64,000 nt of DNA, from assembly GCF_009914755.1 (NCBI RefSeq), contig NC_060932.1. One strand, written 5' to 3'. The notes beneath the pieces were generated by a model. That model saw only the letters and a list, made by a program, of their open reading frames with translations. It had not been told where the DNA came from and did no database searches. This document shows, piece after piece, positions 62,767 through 64,000 of the stretch; positions within the stretch are counted from its first letter, which is position 1, and each line of letters starts with the position of its first letter. The translations under genes were made by a program, and so were the position numbers. This DNA comes from the human T2T-CHM13v2.0 reference genome, Homo sapiens.

Positions 62767-64000
62767 CATCTTGCTTCACATTCTATCATTATTTTCCTAC
62801 TGTATGAATGTGCGTAGGAAACACGTTTTGCTGTGTAGAGATAAATTGGTAAAAGAGACTAATTCTACACCTTGGTTTTCCTTTATTATTAGTCCAGCAG
62901 GTTTTACACTTTTCTCGAAAATGACATCATATCAAATTTTACTGTCCAGTATTCAATTACCTATCAAGAGTTAATCTCTGAAATGAGAAACCTTGTTAGT
63001 GGACCAAAAGGACTGACCCGTTTTCAATCTTCATTATTTTCACTTTTCCAGACTTGTCTATAAAACAGGTTCTTAGATTTTTTTTTAAAATGTCATTGTC
63101 CGGACAATTGGGCTTTACCAATTTAAAAGTTCCTGTAGGAGTAACTAAAACAGTTTTTTATTTTTTTAAGCAGCATTTTAACACACAGCAACTGGACAAT
63201 GCAGAAAACAGACGAACGGAGGAGGAAATTGTATTTTCCCAGAGCTCTGCTCTACTGCCTTGTGTTTTAAGATCTGGTGCCATATAAAAGATACTTGATG
63301 CTGTAATGATTCATTTATTTGGCATATTTCCAAAATGCATAGAATTTATTTATTTTTTTTAATCACATAAAGTTAAAATGCAAATATTTGACTACTGGGT
63401 GCTCACACATTTCAGGTCTTAAATATGATGCCCTGTCTAATTTGTAGCAATGGAATTTTTCTTCTCTCTGGGACTCCATCAATCTTATTTTTCGTTTCTA
63501 AGAGGAATGGGAAAAAATGAATCTATAAATATCTATGCTTATTTAACACCTTTGGTTTTGATATTGTCATGTACCCTAAAACATTAAAATAGTTCTCAGT
63601 CATCTCTCAAATAGTTTCTAAAATCTGATGGCCCAATGAACTTCTACTTTCTCCTCAATATTTACGTAGTTCCTACCTCTTTTTGCCGTCTTCCTCTGTC
63701 TACGCCATTCCTACTGTTTCTCAAGTTGACAAGTTGAGAAGTGAAGGCTCTAGAAAACAGGCTCAGTTTCCTCTTGAATGAAAACATAAATCAAAGTAAA
63801 GTGCAAATAGGGGAAGGAGATGATGGGACAGTGTATTTAAGGCCTGCTGCCTGATTTTCACTAGACATGCTGCTAGCCTTCTTTTAGCCTTCTTTTAGAT
63901 GTATGTTGATTTCTTCTATTCCTAAGACATGCTGGTGAACACTGTAGTCAATTGAGCATCTTTCGAAAGTCAAAATATGTCTTTTATTTTCCTACAGTCA

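Overview
Human (or very closely related great-ape) genomic DNA: AT-rich, repeat-dense and almost entirely intronic. Two minus-strand coding exons (28148..27999, 150 nt; 20233..20093, 141 nt) have canonical AG/GT boundaries and splice in frame. From memory I recognise their translation as exons 3 and 4 of the long isoform of DLC1 (ARHGAP7/STARD12, 8p22). The ORF track misses exon 4 and misplaces exon 3. The rest is about 20 Alus (J, S, Y and one AluYe-like), several L1 fragments including a 3-kb L1PA3/4, a two-LTR MLT1 element, THE1D, Tigger1, small DNA-transposon MITEs, L2/MIR/L3 relics and microsatellites. I see no new gene or self-contained novel system. The best leads are: (i) exons 3+4 could back-splice into a 291-nt stop-free circle flanked by inverted Alus; (ii) an LD-like amphipathic helix in exon 3; (iii) a cluster at 4.2-4.7 kb with a tandem duplication, CTCF-like motifs, a 30-bp hairpin and a 50-bp L1 fold-back; (iv) several locally templated duplications and inversions. 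Repeat subfamily names are recalled from consensus sequences, not from a RepeatMasker run.
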